Below are positions 46,214 to 56,139 of a stretch of DNA of 64,000 nt, one piece after another. Source of the stretch: an uncultured Clostridia bacterium (GTDB lineage Bacteria; Bacillota; DTU025; MWDF01); NCBI GenBank assembly GCA_964545975.1, contig CAZJHY010000002.1, positions 18,867 to 82,866 of the forward strand. Reading direction: 5' to 3'. A model generated the notes under the pieces. The model worked only from the letters and a program-made list of their open reading frames with translations. It was not told where the DNA came from and searched no databases. Both the position numbers and the translations under genes were made by a program. Position 1 is the stretch's first letter. Every line of letters starts with the position of its first letter.

Positions 46214-46236
46214 ATCTTGTTCTTGGAGGGGAGAAA

Positions 46237-46719
46237 ATGAGAGGCAGGGTGTTCTTGGCGCTGGCCCTCATAGCAGTGGGCGTCGTGCTTCTTCTTAACA
46301 ATCTGGGCATGGGGGTCCTGCCTAATAAGCTGGTGCTCTGGCCCGTGCTTCTGATGGCGTTCGGGGCAGCCATAGGCGCCGACGCAGTGCGCAGGGGCGA
46401 GAAGGACCCGCTCTTCGGGGCGGTTATCCTGTTCTTCGTGGGACTCCTGTTCCTGCTTACGGAAAGCGGCTACCTTACCGGAGGAATAAACAAACTGTGG
46501 CCCGTCTTCGTCATCATATTGGGATTGGCGTTCATGTCCAACTCCCTTATGTCCGGGACGGTCCGCGGGCTTCTCATCGGGCTTGTGTACGCAGCGGTTG
46601 GCTTCGTGCTTCTTGCCGACAAGTTCGGGCTGTTCAGGGTCGACTTCGACCTTGGGACCTACTGGCCCGTCATCCTGATAATACTGGGGCTTGCGACCTT
46701 CTTTCAGAAGGGGAGATAG
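46237..46719 (+). CDS. Membrane protein with repeated LiaF/DUF5668-like TM hairpins (paralog of the preceding gene)
   Basis: The N-terminus MRGRVFLALALIAVGVVLLLNNLGMG parallels the upstream MRGKDWFALVLVLLGLVLLGDNLGLF. Confidence 0.6.
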   Translation: MRGRVFLALALIAVGVVLLLNNLGMGVLPNKLVLWPVLLMAFGAAIGADAVRRGEKDPLFGAVILFFVGLLFLLTESGYLTGGINKLWPVFVIILGLAFMSNSLMSGTVRGLLIGLVYAAVGFVLLADKFGLFRVDFDLGTYWPVILIILGLATFFQKGR

Positions 46720-46722
46720 GAC

Positions 46723-48282
46723 TTGAGAAGAGGACTGGCTTGCGCCGGCAGTCCCGGCGGCCCATCCGGTTGCGCGGAGAAGGCCGTCCGGGAGTTCTTC
46801 GCCGCCCTGTTCAAAGACAGGGAGGAAGGGGCAGTGGAACCCGTCGTGGTCGGCTTCTCCGGAGGTGTTGATTCGACGGTCCTCCTTCATGTGCTTTACG
46901 AGCTGGGACCCGAAATCGGAGCCCAGCCTGTGGCAGCGCATCTGAACCACGGGCTAAGGGGCGCCGATTCGGATGCCGATCAGGAGCACTGCAGGGTCTT
47001 CTGCGAGAAAAGGGGCATACCCTTCAGGTCTGCGACGAGGGACATCGCAAGGGAGGCTTCCGACAGCGGGCTAAATCTGGAGGATGCCGGAAGGCGGGCG
47101 AGATACTCCTTCTACAAGGAAGTGGCCGAGGAGTTCGGGGCAAGGTATGCCGCACTGGCCCACCATGCCGACGACCAGGCCGAGACGGTCCTCATGAGGA
47201 TCATAAGGGGCACAGGGACCAGGGGAATGGGCGCGATGCCGGCCATCAGGAGCTCCGGCGGCATATTCATAGTCAGGCCCCTCATCTCTGTCAGAAAGCA
47301 GGATGTCGCCTACTATGCCGACGCCAGCGGCCTTGAGTACAGGGATGATGCCAGCAACCTGGACACCGGTTACCTAAGAAACAAGGTGAGGCACGAGCTG
47401 ATGCCGCTTCTGGAGAAGAGCTACTCGGCCAGCATAGTCGACGTGCTGTGCAGGACGGCTGAGCTGGCCAGAGACGAATCTGCAGCACTTGACGAGCTAG
47501 GCGACAAGGCCTTCAGGAAGTCGCTCAGGTCAGGTGCCCCGAACGAAGGGGCGGTGCTTGACCTCGATGCCCTAAGCGGAATGCCAGCCGCGGTGACAGC
47601 CCGCTGCCTGAGGATGGCATTCGCCTATGTAAGGGGGAGCGCCTCCGACCTCTATGCTTCCAACCAGGCTGACCTTGCAAAGCTGGCCGCATCGACCGGA
47701 AGGGCCAGGTCGCTGTACCTTCCCGGAGGGATCAAGGCCTCAAGAAGCGGCAGGGAGCTTACGATCGAAAGGCGGGGCGGCGAGAAGGCGCTGGCCAAGC
47801 TTAATGGCATGAGGATCGAAGTGCCGGGCATAACCGACACACCCCTTATGAGGATAAGGGCAGCATCTATCGATATCCCTGAGGAGCTTTCGGGCAAGAG
47901 GCGCTACACTCACTCCGAGCTTGCTGCCATCGCATCAAAGGCGATGGGAACGGGCTATGCCGACGAGAAGGGTGCCGGCACTGAATGGGCCGTATTCGAC
48001 CTGGACCTTGCGGGCGAGCCGGGCGTGAGGGCATGGGAACCAGGAGATGCCGTCACGCCGTTCGGAATGAGGGGGAAGAAAAAGCTGCAGGACCTATTCA
48101 CGGACGCCAAGGTGCCTAAGGACAGAAGGTCGCTGTGGCCGGTGGTCACAATCTCGGACGGAACCATCGCATGGGTGCCCGGCATCAGGCAGGCAAGCGC
48201 AGCCAAGCTGGGACCGGAGTCGGCCGCAGCGCTTGTGCTTGGCATAGAATGGAAGAGGCGGTCTGGCCGATGCGGGGCCTAA
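46723..48282 (+). CDS. tilS: tRNA(Ile)-lysidine synthetase
   Basis: PP-loop VGFSGGVDSTVLLH, with the C-terminal block KKLQDLFTDAKVP. TTG start, uncertain. Confidence 0.88.
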   Translation: MRRGLACAGSPGGPSGCAEKAVREFFAALFKDREEGAVEPVVVGFSGGVDSTVLLHVLYELGPEIGAQPVAAHLNHGLRGADSDADQEHCRVFCEKRGIPFRSATRDIAREASDSGLNLEDAGRRARYSFYKEVAEEFGARYAALAHHADDQAETVLMRIIRGTGTRGMGAMPAIRSSGGIFIVRPLISVRKQDVAYYADASGLEYRDDASNLDTGYLRNKVRHELMPLLEKSYSASIVDVLCRTAELARDESAALDELGDKAFRKSLRSGAPNEGAVLDLDALSGMPAAVTARCLRMAFAYVRGSASDLYASNQADLAKLAASTGRARSLYLPGGIKASRSGRELTIERRGGEKALAKLNGMRIEVPGITDTPLMRIRAASIDIPEELSGKRRYTHSELAAIASKAMGTGYADEKGAGTEWAVFDLDLAGEPGVRAWEPGDAVTPFGMRGKKKLQDLFTDAKVPKDRRSLWPVVTISDGTIAWVPGIRQASAAKLGPESAAALVLGIEWKRRSGRCGA

Positions 48283-48336
48283 ATGATGGTATAATGTTAA
48301 GGTAATGCGCGTCTGACCCGTAAGGAGGATATAGAT

Positions 48337-50265
48337 TTGAACCGTGGTTTTCAGAGGGCGGCGTTATGGATACTCATCTTCCTAATCGCCGTAACAATAG
48401 GACAGAACTTCCTTGGCTCTCAGAACAGGACCGAGCAGATGACTGCGGACGGCTTCATCAACGAATGGAACGCCGGCAACGTCAAGGTGCTTGAGATACT
48501 GCCCGAGGGGATAATTAGCGGAGAGCTGAGCGACGGAAAGAAGTTCGAACTGTATTACACAAACTCCGCAGGGCTCATCGAGGATGTGAAAAGCAACCCC
48601 GAGAAGTTTGCCGGCTTGACCATATCCGAAAAGCCCAAGACCAACGACTGGCTCCTGACGCTTCTGCCCAACATCTTCTTCATAGTGGCGCTGGGCCTGT
48701 TCTTCATGTTCATGCTAAACCAGATGCAGGGCTCCAACAACAGGGCGATGCAGTTCGGAAAGAGCAGGGCGCGCCTGCAGTCAGACGGAAGGGGCAAGGT
48801 CACCTTCGCAGATGTAGCCGGCATCGACGAGGTCATGGAGGAGCTTGCGGAGATAGTAGACTACTTGAAGTACCCCAGGCGCTTCACCGAGATGGGCGCA
48901 AGGATACCCAAGGGCATACTGCTCATGGGACCTCCCGGCACCGGGAAGACTCATGTTACCAGGGCTTTGGCCGGTGAGGCCGGAGTGCCCTTCTTCTTCA
49001 TATCGGGCTCTGACTTCGTCGAGATGTTCGTAGGAGTGGGCGCAAGCAGGGTGCGCGACATGTTCACGCAGGCCAAGAAGGCCGCCCCCTGCATCATATT
49101 CATAGACGAGATCGACGCCGTCGGCCGCCAGAGGGGCGCAGGCCTGGGCGGCGGGCACGATGAGAGGGAGCAGACCTTAAATCAGCTTCTAGTCGAGATG
49201 GACGGCTTTGAGAACAACTCCGGAGTCATAGTGGTTGCGGCCACCAACAGGCCGGACGTCCTTGACCCGGCGCTTCTCAGGCCCGGCAGGTTCGACAGGC
49301 AGATCACCCTGGATGTCCCTGATGCAAAAGGGCGCGAGGAGATACTGAAGATTTACGCGAGAAACAAGCAGCTCTCCGAGATAAACCTCAAGGAGCTGGC
49401 AAGGCGCACTCCCGGCTTCACCGGAGCCGACCTTGAGAACCTGCTTAACGAGGCCGCGCTTCTTACTGTGCGCTACAGGAGGAAAAGGATATCGATGGAC
49501 CTCATGGACGAGGCCATCGAAAGGATAGTGATGGGACCGGCGAAGAAGGGGCGCCTTCTTACGGACAAGGAGAAGGACCTGGTCGCATACCATGAGACGG
49601 GGCACGCCCTTCTTGCCAAGCTCCTTCCCGGAGCTGACCCGGTCGTGAAGGTGTCCATAGTCGGAAGGGGCAGCGCAGGCGGGTTCACCCTTGTCATACC
49701 CGAAGACGAGAGGAAGTTCAGATATTCCTCCAAAGAGGACATAATAAACAACATCACCATGTCGCTGGGCGGGCGCGTCGCAGAGGAACTCTGCCTGGAT
49801 GACGTCTCGACCGGAGCGTCAAAGGACCTTGAGAGGGCCACGAGCCTTGCCAGGAAGATGGTGGTGGAGTACGGAATGAGCAGCCTCGGCCTTATCACCT
49901 ACGGCAGGCCGGAGACCCAGAACGTCTTCCTGGGAAGGGACATCTCCCGCGAGAGGAACTACTCCGAGGAGGTCGCCGCCCAGATAGACAAGGAAGTAAA
50001 GGCCATAGTGGATCAGTGCTACTCCAAGGCAAAGCAGCTGCTCTCCGACAACATCGAGCTTCTCAGGAGGATCGCAGCCGTGCTCAAAGAGCGCGAGAAC
50101 CTCGAGGGAAGCGAGATTGACCTCATCCTTGAGGGCAAGGAGCTTCCTCCCATGCAAGCTCCCATGCCCGAGCAGGCAGCGCATCAGGAAACGCCAAATT
50201 CGGAAACGGCAGACAAGGAGCACGTCTCAGCCCCCCTAAACAAACCGGCGGCAGAGGAGCGATAA
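48337..50265 (+). CDS. ftsH: ATP-dependent zinc metalloprotease FtsH
   Basis: Two TM segments are present. Motifs are [17 protein letters not shown], the SRH, and HETGHAL (HEXXH). TTG start. Confidence 0.95.
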   Translation: MNRGFQRAALWILIFLIAVTIGQNFLGSQNRTEQMTADGFINEWNAGNVKVLEILPEGIISGELSDGKKFELYYTNSAGLIEDVKSNPEKFAGLTISEKPKTNDWLLTLLPNIFFIVALGLFFMFMLNQMQGSNNRAMQFGKSRARLQSDGRGKVTFADVAGIDEVMEELAEIVDYLKYPRRFTEMGARIPKGILLMGPPGTGKTHVTRALAGEAGVPFFFISGSDFVEMFVGVGASRVRDMFTQAKKAAPCIIFIDEIDAVGRQRGAGLGGGHDEREQTLNQLLVEMDGFENNSGVIVVAATNRPDVLDPALLRPGRFDRQITLDVPDAKGREEILKIYARNKQLSEINLKELARRTPGFTGADLENLLNEAALLTVRYRRKRISMDLMDEAIERIVMGPAKKGRLLTDKEKDLVAYHETGHALLAKLLPGADPVVKVSIVGRGSAGGFTLVIPEDERKFRYSSKEDIINNITMSLGGRVAEELCLDDVSTGASKDLERATSLARKMVVEYGMSSLGLITYGRPETQNVFLGRDISRERNYSEEVAAQIDKEVKAIVDQCYSKAKQLLSDNIELLRRIAAVLKERENLEGSEIDLILEGKELPPMQAPMPEQAAHQETPNSETADKEHVSAPLNKPAAEER

Positions 50266-50292
50266 CCCGCAGCATAATGTATTCGCCGGGCC

Positions 50293-50700
50293 ATGGCCCA
50301 TGGCCCGGTTTGTTTCGCACCCATAGGAAAAATGAGCATGCGGATGATCAGGAGGGATAAGGTGGAGTTGATCGATTCACACCCTATACTGGAATTCAAG
50401 CATGGAAGGGAAGTGGAGTTCACGTTCGACGGGGCCTTGTTGAAAGGCTTCGAGGGTGAACCCATAGCAGTCGCCCTGCACGCAAACGGCGTGAAGGTAT
50501 ACAGGCATAGCCCCGTGGATAGAAGGCCGCGGGGTTTCTTCTGCGCCATAGGGAAGTGCAGCTCATGCTTCATGGTAGTAGACGGGATTCCTAACGTAAG
50601 GACCTGCGTGACTCCCTTGAAGGAGGGCATGGCTGTCCAGACCCAGCATGGCAGGGGAGCGCTTCCCCCAGCGGAGACGGGGGGGCGGGACGATGCTTGA
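50293..50700 (+). CDS. [2Fe-2S]-binding small subunit (HcnA / sarcosine-oxidase-alpha N-terminal-like)
   Basis: FTFDGALLKGFEGEPIAVAL..RGFFCAIGKCSSCFMVVDGIPNVRTC. The start is more likely the ATG at 50332. Confidence 0.7.
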   Translation: MAHGPVCFAPIGKMSMRMIRRDKVELIDSHPILEFKHGREVEFTFDGALLKGFEGEPIAVALHANGVKVYRHSPVDRRPRGFFCAIGKCSSCFMVVDGIPNVRTCVTPLKEGMAVQTQHGRGALPPAETGGRDDA

Positions 50701-51781
50701 GACGGAGATTCTCGTAATAGGAGGAGGGCCGGCCGGCCTGTCGGCCGCTTGCGAGGCGGCATCCATGGGCGCGGGCGTGATGCTTGTGGACAGCGCCCCG
50801 ATGCTCGGAGGGCAGCTCATCAAGCAGACGCACAAGTTCTTCGGAAGCCGGGACGAGTATGCCGGAACCAGGGGCTACAAGATATCAGACATATTGCTTG
50901 AGGAGCTCAAAGGGCTATCCGGCAGAGTGAGCGCGATGACTGACACCACAGCTACGGGCTACTACAGGGAGGACGGCACCGTGGCCCTTACAAGAGGTGA
51001 GGAGGAGTACTTCCTGGTTAGGCCGAAGAAGATCATCCTTGCCGCAGGCGCGCAGGAGAGGCTCATACCATTTCCCGGAAACGACCTGCCCGGAGTCTAC
51101 GGAGCGGGTGCCGTGCAGACGCTGATGAATGTGTACGGTGTAGCACCCGGCAAGAAAGTGCTCATGGTAGGCGCCGGAAACATCGGCATAATCGTAGCCT
51201 ATCAGCTCATGCAGGCGGGAGTGGAGGTCGCAGGGGTGCTCGAGGCAATGCCAAGAGTGGGCGGCTATTGGGTGCATGCTGCGAAGATCAGGCGCCTGGG
51301 CGTGCCCATCCACCTCATGCACAGCATAAAGAGGGCTGTCGGAGACACCGTGGTCACCGGCGCCGAAGTCATGGAGCTAGATGAGAGGTTCAAACCTACC
51401 GGTATAGAATTCGCCGTCGAATGCGACACCATCTGCCTTGCAGTAGGGCTCACTCCCACGGTCGAGATGCTGTGGCAGGCCGGCTGCCAGATGAAGTACG
51501 TATCCCAGCTTTGCGGATATGTTCCGGTAAGGGACTGCGGCCTGAGGACTACAAACAGGGACATCTGGGTCGCCGGCGACTCTTCCGGGATAGAGGAGGC
51601 GAGCTCAGCCATGGTAGAAGGAAGGCTTGCCGGGCTTGGAGCCGCATCGTCGCTCGGATATAAGCCGATTGCAGGAAGGTATGAGAGCTTCATGGCAAGG
51701 CTCGAGCACCTGAGGGCCGGGGAAGTGTGCGACAAGATCAGGGCGGGCATCGCCTGCGCCCTTTGCGAAGGAGGCGAGTGA
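50693..51781 (+). CDS. FAD/NAD(P)-binding oxidoreductase subunit (HcnB/OoxA/PDH-alpha-like)
   Basis: The start was set to the ATG at 50693 (8-nt overlap). First dinucleotide fold is ILVIGGGPAGLSAA and the second is VLMVGAGNIGI. Confidence 0.75.
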   Translation: MLETEILVIGGGPAGLSAACEAASMGAGVMLVDSAPMLGGQLIKQTHKFFGSRDEYAGTRGYKISDILLEELKGLSGRVSAMTDTTATGYYREDGTVALTRGEEEYFLVRPKKIILAAGAQERLIPFPGNDLPGVYGAGAVQTLMNVYGVAPGKKVLMVGAGNIGIIVAYQLMQAGVEVAGVLEAMPRVGGYWVHAAKIRRLGVPIHLMHSIKRAVGDTVVTGAEVMELDERFKPTGIEFAVECDTICLAVGLTPTVEMLWQAGCQMKYVSQLCGYVPVRDCGLRTTNRDIWVAGDSSGIEEASSAMVEGRLAGLGAASSLGYKPIAGRYESFMARLEHLRAGEVCDKIRAGIACALCEGGE

Positions 51782-51784
51782 GCG

Positions 51785-52306
51785 ATGCCAACCGCAGAAG
51801 AGCTTCTGTACGGCTCCGGAGTGCTCGCCGACAGAAGGCCCGGTGTCTGCGTCCCTGAGGATGCGGACTGGTTAAGGAAGAGGAACGGCTACGTGGTGAT
51901 AGAGTGCCCCCAGAGGATACCCTGCAATCCGTGCCACACCAGCTGCCCCACAGGAGCCGTGCTCCCCTTCGAGGACATAAACGACGTGCCGAAGGTGGAT
52001 TACTCCAAATGCACAGGATGCGCGAGGTGCGTCGCAAGATGCCCGGGGCTTGCCTGCTTCGTGGTGGACCTCGCCTGGAAAGAGGGCTGGGCGCTCATGA
52101 AGCTGCCCTATGAGATGCTTCCCAGGCCTGTGAAGGGCATGGAGGCGGAATGCCTCGACAGGCAGGGCAATGCTGTATGCCGGTCGATGATAGAGCAGGT
52201 CTTGGAACCCTTCAAGGACCGCACCTACGTCGTGGCCGTGCCCGTGCCCATAGAGCTTAAGGACAAGGTCAGGGCGGTAAGGGTGGTGAGATCCGATGCC
52301 AGGTAA
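51785..52306 (+). CDS. 2x[4Fe-4S] ferredoxin-like subunit
   Basis: Cluster motifs are CPQRIPCNPCHTSCP and CTGCARCVARCP. Confidence 0.7.
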   Translation: MPTAEELLYGSGVLADRRPGVCVPEDADWLRKRNGYVVIECPQRIPCNPCHTSCPTGAVLPFEDINDVPKVDYSKCTGCARCVARCPGLACFVVDLAWKEGWALMKLPYEMLPRPVKGMEAECLDRQGNAVCRSMIEQVLEPFKDRTYVVAVPVPIELKDKVRAVRVVRSDAR

Positions 52307-52586
52307 GGAGAAGGTCTACATCTGCAGGTGCGAGGAGATCACCATCGACGAGGTCAGGGAGTGGATACTAAGAGGATATGACACGCCAGAGGAGCTCAAA
52401 AGGGTGACAAGGATCGGAATGGGCCCCTGCCAGGGCAGGGGATGCACCGACATACTCGTAAGGGAGATAGCGCGCCTTAAGGGCATCGAGGTAAGCGAGG
52501 TCAAGCCGCCTAGCTTCAGGCCCCCTGCGAAGCCCATCAAGCTAGGGCTTCTTGCCGGGACATGTAAGGATGGTGGCCGCAAATGA
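52296..52586 (+). CDS. BFD-like [2Fe-2S]-binding small subunit
   Basis: CRCEEIT...GPCQGRGC. Confidence 0.65.
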   Translation: MPGKEKVYICRCEEITIDEVREWILRGYDTPEELKRVTRIGMGPCQGRGCTDILVREIARLKGIEVSEVKPPSFRPPAKPIKLGLLAGTCKDGGRK

Positions 52587-53725
52587 TGACGAAGGCCGAC
52601 GTGGTGATAATAGGCGGCGGCATAAATGGGGCGGCGACAGCATACAACCTTGCGAAGCTGGGCGTGAAGGACATACTTGTCGTAGAGCGGGATACCATCT
52701 GCGGCGGATCGACAGGAAGGTGCGGCGCTGGGATAAGGGCACAGTGGGGAACGCTCATGAACTGCCAGATCGCCGCCAATGCGCTCTCCACGTTCGAAAA
52801 CCTCAGGGAAGAGCTGGGCATGGATATCGGCCTCAATCAATGCGGATACCTCATGGTCGCCTATAAGGAAAGCGAGTTCGAACAGCTTCAGAGGAACGTG
52901 TGCCTCCAGAACTCGTGCGGCATTGGCTCAAGAACAGTGACCAAAGAGGAGGCATATGAAATCTGCCCCGGCCTTTGGGCGGAGGATGCGGTAGGCTTCA
53001 CTTTCCACTCCAAGGACGGGCACGCCGACCCGTTCCTAACCACCTTCGCCTATGTAGAGGCAGCCAAGAGGCTGGGCGTGGAGTTTGCGCGGTTCACCGA
53101 GGTGCAAGCCATTAACCTGGCCGGCGGTAAGGTGGAATCGGTGCTTACCAGCAACGGCACCGTCTGGACCAAGGCTGTCATAAACTGCGCGGGACCTTAC
53201 TCCCAGGTGGTAGGCAAGATGGCAGGCGTCAATCTTCCTGTGTTCTCGGAGAGGCATGAGATTCTCATCACCGAGCCGGTGGATCCGGGAGTGTGCCCTC
53301 CAATGCTCATGAGCTTCTCAGGCAACTACTACATACAGCAGAGGCCCCATGGCTCGATAATCGGCGGATGCAGCCCCGAAGGGCACCCGCAGGACTTCGC
53401 CAACAATGTCTCGTGGGACTTCCTCGGCCATATGGCGAGCGTGTTCACCAAGCTCCTTCCCCGAACGAGGAACATCAGGGTCGTAAGGCAGTGGGCAGGC
53501 ATGTACAACATGACGCCGGACAGGCAGCCTCTTCTCGGAAGGACCGAAGTCGAGGGCTTCTTCATCTCTTGCGGCTACTCCGGCCACGGCTTCATGCTCG
53601 CGCCGTTCACAGGGAAGCTTCTGGCCGAGATGGTCGCTTGCGGGGAATCGTCGATGGACATGTCTATGCTCGATTACAGGCGCTTTGAAAGAGGCGAGAT
53701 GATAGTGGAGCCGGCGGTAGTCTGA
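52583..53725 (+). CDS. FAD-dependent oxidoreductase (DAO family; sarcosine-oxidase-beta / proline-dehydrogenase-beta-like)
   Basis: VVIIGGGINGAATAYNLAK and the C-terminal GYSGHGFMLAP. It overlaps the preceding gene by 4 nt. Confidence 0.8.
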   Translation: MMTKADVVIIGGGINGAATAYNLAKLGVKDILVVERDTICGGSTGRCGAGIRAQWGTLMNCQIAANALSTFENLREELGMDIGLNQCGYLMVAYKESEFEQLQRNVCLQNSCGIGSRTVTKEEAYEICPGLWAEDAVGFTFHSKDGHADPFLTTFAYVEAAKRLGVEFARFTEVQAINLAGGKVESVLTSNGTVWTKAVINCAGPYSQVVGKMAGVNLPVFSERHEILITEPVDPGVCPPMLMSFSGNYYIQQRPHGSIIGGCSPEGHPQDFANNVSWDFLGHMASVFTKLLPRTRNIRVVRQWAGMYNMTPDRQPLLGRTEVEGFFISCGYSGHGFMLAPFTGKLLAEMVACGESSMDMSMLDYRRFERGEMIVEPAVV

Positions 53726-53744
53726 GAAGGCGGCATGTCCATGG

Positions 53745-53778
53745 AAAAGAGGCCCGTCTGCGAAGATGGGCCTCTTTT
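53745..53778. terminator. Bidirectional terminator between convergent genes
   Basis: AAAAGAGGCCC pairs with GGGCCTCTTTT (11 bp) around a 12-nt loop. Confidence 0.7.
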
Positions 53779-53806
53779 CATTAAGTCCGTACAATTCCCC
53801 AAGCTT

Positions 53807-54385
53807 CTACAGGAAAAGCGACACCGCGCAGTACAGAAGAAGCATCGCCATCACGGCGTTGACAGGCCTGTAGTTCTTCTCATAGAACGACTGGAACAGC
53901 GCACCGAAGCCTCCCCAGATGAGCGTTGATGCTATGCACATGGCTCCGACCAGTAGCGCAAGCGCGATGATCGGAAGCGTGGCGGTGAAGTTCGGGGTTA
54001 TGTACACCGAGGCCACCGTAAGTGCCATCAGTATGCCCTTGGGGTTTATGAACTGGACGGCAAGCCCCGGAAGGAAGGTATGGATGCTGGCCCCTCCCGA
54101 ACTCGAATGGGGCTTCGAACTCCATGTCCTCCATGCAAGATAAAGTATGTAGGCTGCACCGATGAAGGTAACAAAGGGCTTCACCTGCGGCACCAGCTTA
54201 TACAGGTATGAGCTGAACAGGCTAGCCAGTAGCACGTTCATGGTCTGTCCGGCGAAGACCCCGAAATTGAAGCCCAGGCTCTTTGCAACGCCGTATCTTA
54301 TTCCGTTGTTCATCGCCATGATGTTGTTCGGCCCTGGCGTGATGATCTGCAGCATCGTGTACGAGAAGAAGGAAGCGTAGTTCAT
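53807..54385 (-). CDS. LysE/RhtB family amino-acid exporter
   Basis: The start was set to the ATG at 54385. ITPGPNN is near the N-terminus, and there are about six TM segments. Confidence 0.75.
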   Translation of the reverse strand: MNYASFFSYTMLQIITPGPNNIMAMNNGIRYGVAKSLGFNFGVFAGQTMNVLLASLFSSYLYKLVPQVKPFVTFIGAAYILYLAWRTWSSKPHSSSGGASIHTFLPGLAVQFINPKGILMALTVASVYITPNFTATLPIIALALLVGAMCIASTLIWGGFGALFQSFYEKNYRPVNAVMAMLLLYCAVSLFL

Positions 54386-54529
54386 TCCGGCGACCTCATA
54401 TCTATCCGCCTTCCGGCGGGCTTTTGTAGAAATATACCACAAGAGGCCCGGGTGCGCACCTTTATGCGAATATTCACTATGTCGGTGCTGAGAGACAAAG
54501 ACAGCGCCAGGAAGCCCTCTGAGGGCCTC

Positions 54530-55918
54530 CTAGCTGGTTGCGCCGGTAGTCAGGTTCTTGACCCAGCGTTCCTTCCTGAACAGCGTGTAAGCTATCGTAA
54601 GCTTCACGAACTCCGTGATTTGGACCAGCAGGAACAGCTGCAGCAGAGTCACCTTGGTGAAGTATGCGATCGCAAGGGCATATGGTACCGTGATGAACCA
54701 TGTGAACAGCGAGTCCATGAGCATCACGGATTTCGTGTCCCCGCCCGACCTAAGCACAAAGAAGAAACTCGCGTTGGTTAGGTAGATCGGCATCATGAAC
54801 GCTGAAAGCGAGGTCAGTATCCTTGCCGTCGTGCGCACTTCATCAGTCACATTGTAGATCGAAGGCACAGCAAGTCCGGAGCCTATATGCAGCAGCATCA
54901 GGCAACCTGAGATCATCATCCCGAATACTATGAGCCTCCTTGAATCCCTGCGGGCATCATCCAGCCTGTCGGCCCCGAGCGCATGCCCGATTATCACGGA
55001 GATGGCCGTCGCCTGACCGCCGGTAACCACGAAGAAGATATTATTGACAGCATACATAATATTTAGTGCAGCAAGCGCGACCACTCCACGCGTGGAATAG
55101 GCTTTGAACTGCATAGTAACGCCTGTTGACCAAAGCAGCTCATTTGCTATGAGCGGAAGCGACTTGATTAGTATGGTCTTGAATAGGGCGGGCTTCACCC
55201 TGAACATACGGGATAATGAACTTCTGAACGCGCAAGTGTCCTTGCGCATAGCAATGTAGAGCAGCGTCATCTCGACCAGCCTTGCCAGAATGGTCGCATA
55301 TGCGGCGCCCTGGACTCCAAGCCTCGGGGCACCGAACTTGCCGAATATGAGGATATAGTTGAAGACCATGTTGACGAATACGGCAATTATCGAAGGAAGC
55401 ATGGCCACCTTGGCCTGACCGATGCTCCTGAAGGATCCTGCCGTAGAGATGCTGAAAGCAGTCGGCATGAAGGTGAACAAGACCACCCTAAGGTATGCGA
55501 CACCCTCCGATATCGTCCCAGCATCCTTGGTGAAAAAGCCTATTATGCTGGGTGCGCCGAAGAAGGCAAGAAGCATGAAGGTTATGGAGACGAAAAATGA
55601 CGAGATGAGCATGAACCTGTAGGACTGCTTCATGCCGTCGTTGTCCCTTGCCCCCCAGAACTGCGCGACGAATAGGCCTCCTCCACCTGCTATGCCGAAG
55701 AGCATAAGGGAATAGATGAAGAAGAACTGGTTTGCGATGCCGACTCCTGCTATGGATTGCGAACCGAGCTGCCCGACTTGAAGGTTGTCCACAAGGTTCA
55801 CCACTGTTGTTATGAGCTGCTGCGCCATTATGGGCATCATCACGGAAAGGGTGCGCTTGTAGAAGGCCTTGTCGGCTATATGCGGCTTGATCTTGTTGTA
55901 AACTTTAGAGCCTAGCAT
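54530..55918 (-). CDS. MATE family efflux transporter
   Basis: The start was set to the ATG at 55918 (AAGGAGG 5 nt upstream). It has a 12-TM profile and typical MATE N-terminal blocks (P.....L......D....VG.LG). Confidence 0.8.
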   Translation of the reverse strand: MLGSKVYNKIKPHIADKAFYKRTLSVMMPIMAQQLITTVVNLVDNLQVGQLGSQSIAGVGIANQFFFIYSLMLFGIAGGGGLFVAQFWGARDNDGMKQSYRFMLISSFFVSITFMLLAFFGAPSIIGFFTKDAGTISEGVAYLRVVLFTFMPTAFSISTAGSFRSIGQAKVAMLPSIIAVFVNMVFNYILIFGKFGAPRLGVQGAAYATILARLVEMTLLYIAMRKDTCAFRSSLSRMFRVKPALFKTILIKSLPLIANELLWSTGVTMQFKAYSTRGVVALAALNIMYAVNNIFFVVTGGQATAISVIIGHALGADRLDDARRDSRRLIVFGMMISGCLMLLHIGSGLAVPSIYNVTDEVRTTARILTSLSAFMMPIYLTNASFFFVLRSGGDTKSVMLMDSLFTWFITVPYALAIAYFTKVTLLQLFLLVQITEFVKLTIAYTLFRKERWVKNLTTGATS

Positions 55919-56084
55919 GCCGGCCTCCTTCGCCACAAAGCGGCGAATATATATTTTAACAGCACAAAAACCGCGCGGCAAGAAGAATCGGATGAGTTGT
56001 TGTTGGTCAGCGATAATGCCATGGCATAACTCACCAGGCAGGTCATGATGAGAAGCTGCCTGAACCCGCAGCCCAAAGAAGAAG

Positions 56085-56112
56085 CCCGTCCGACTTTTCT
56101 AAGCAGGACGGG
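56085..56112 (-). terminator. Terminator after the UxaA-like genes
   Basis: On the minus strand, CCCGTCC pairs with GGACGGG, followed by CTTCTTCTTT. Confidence 0.45.
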
Positions 56113-56139
56113 CAGCGAGCCTTAAACGGCGGTCCGGCG

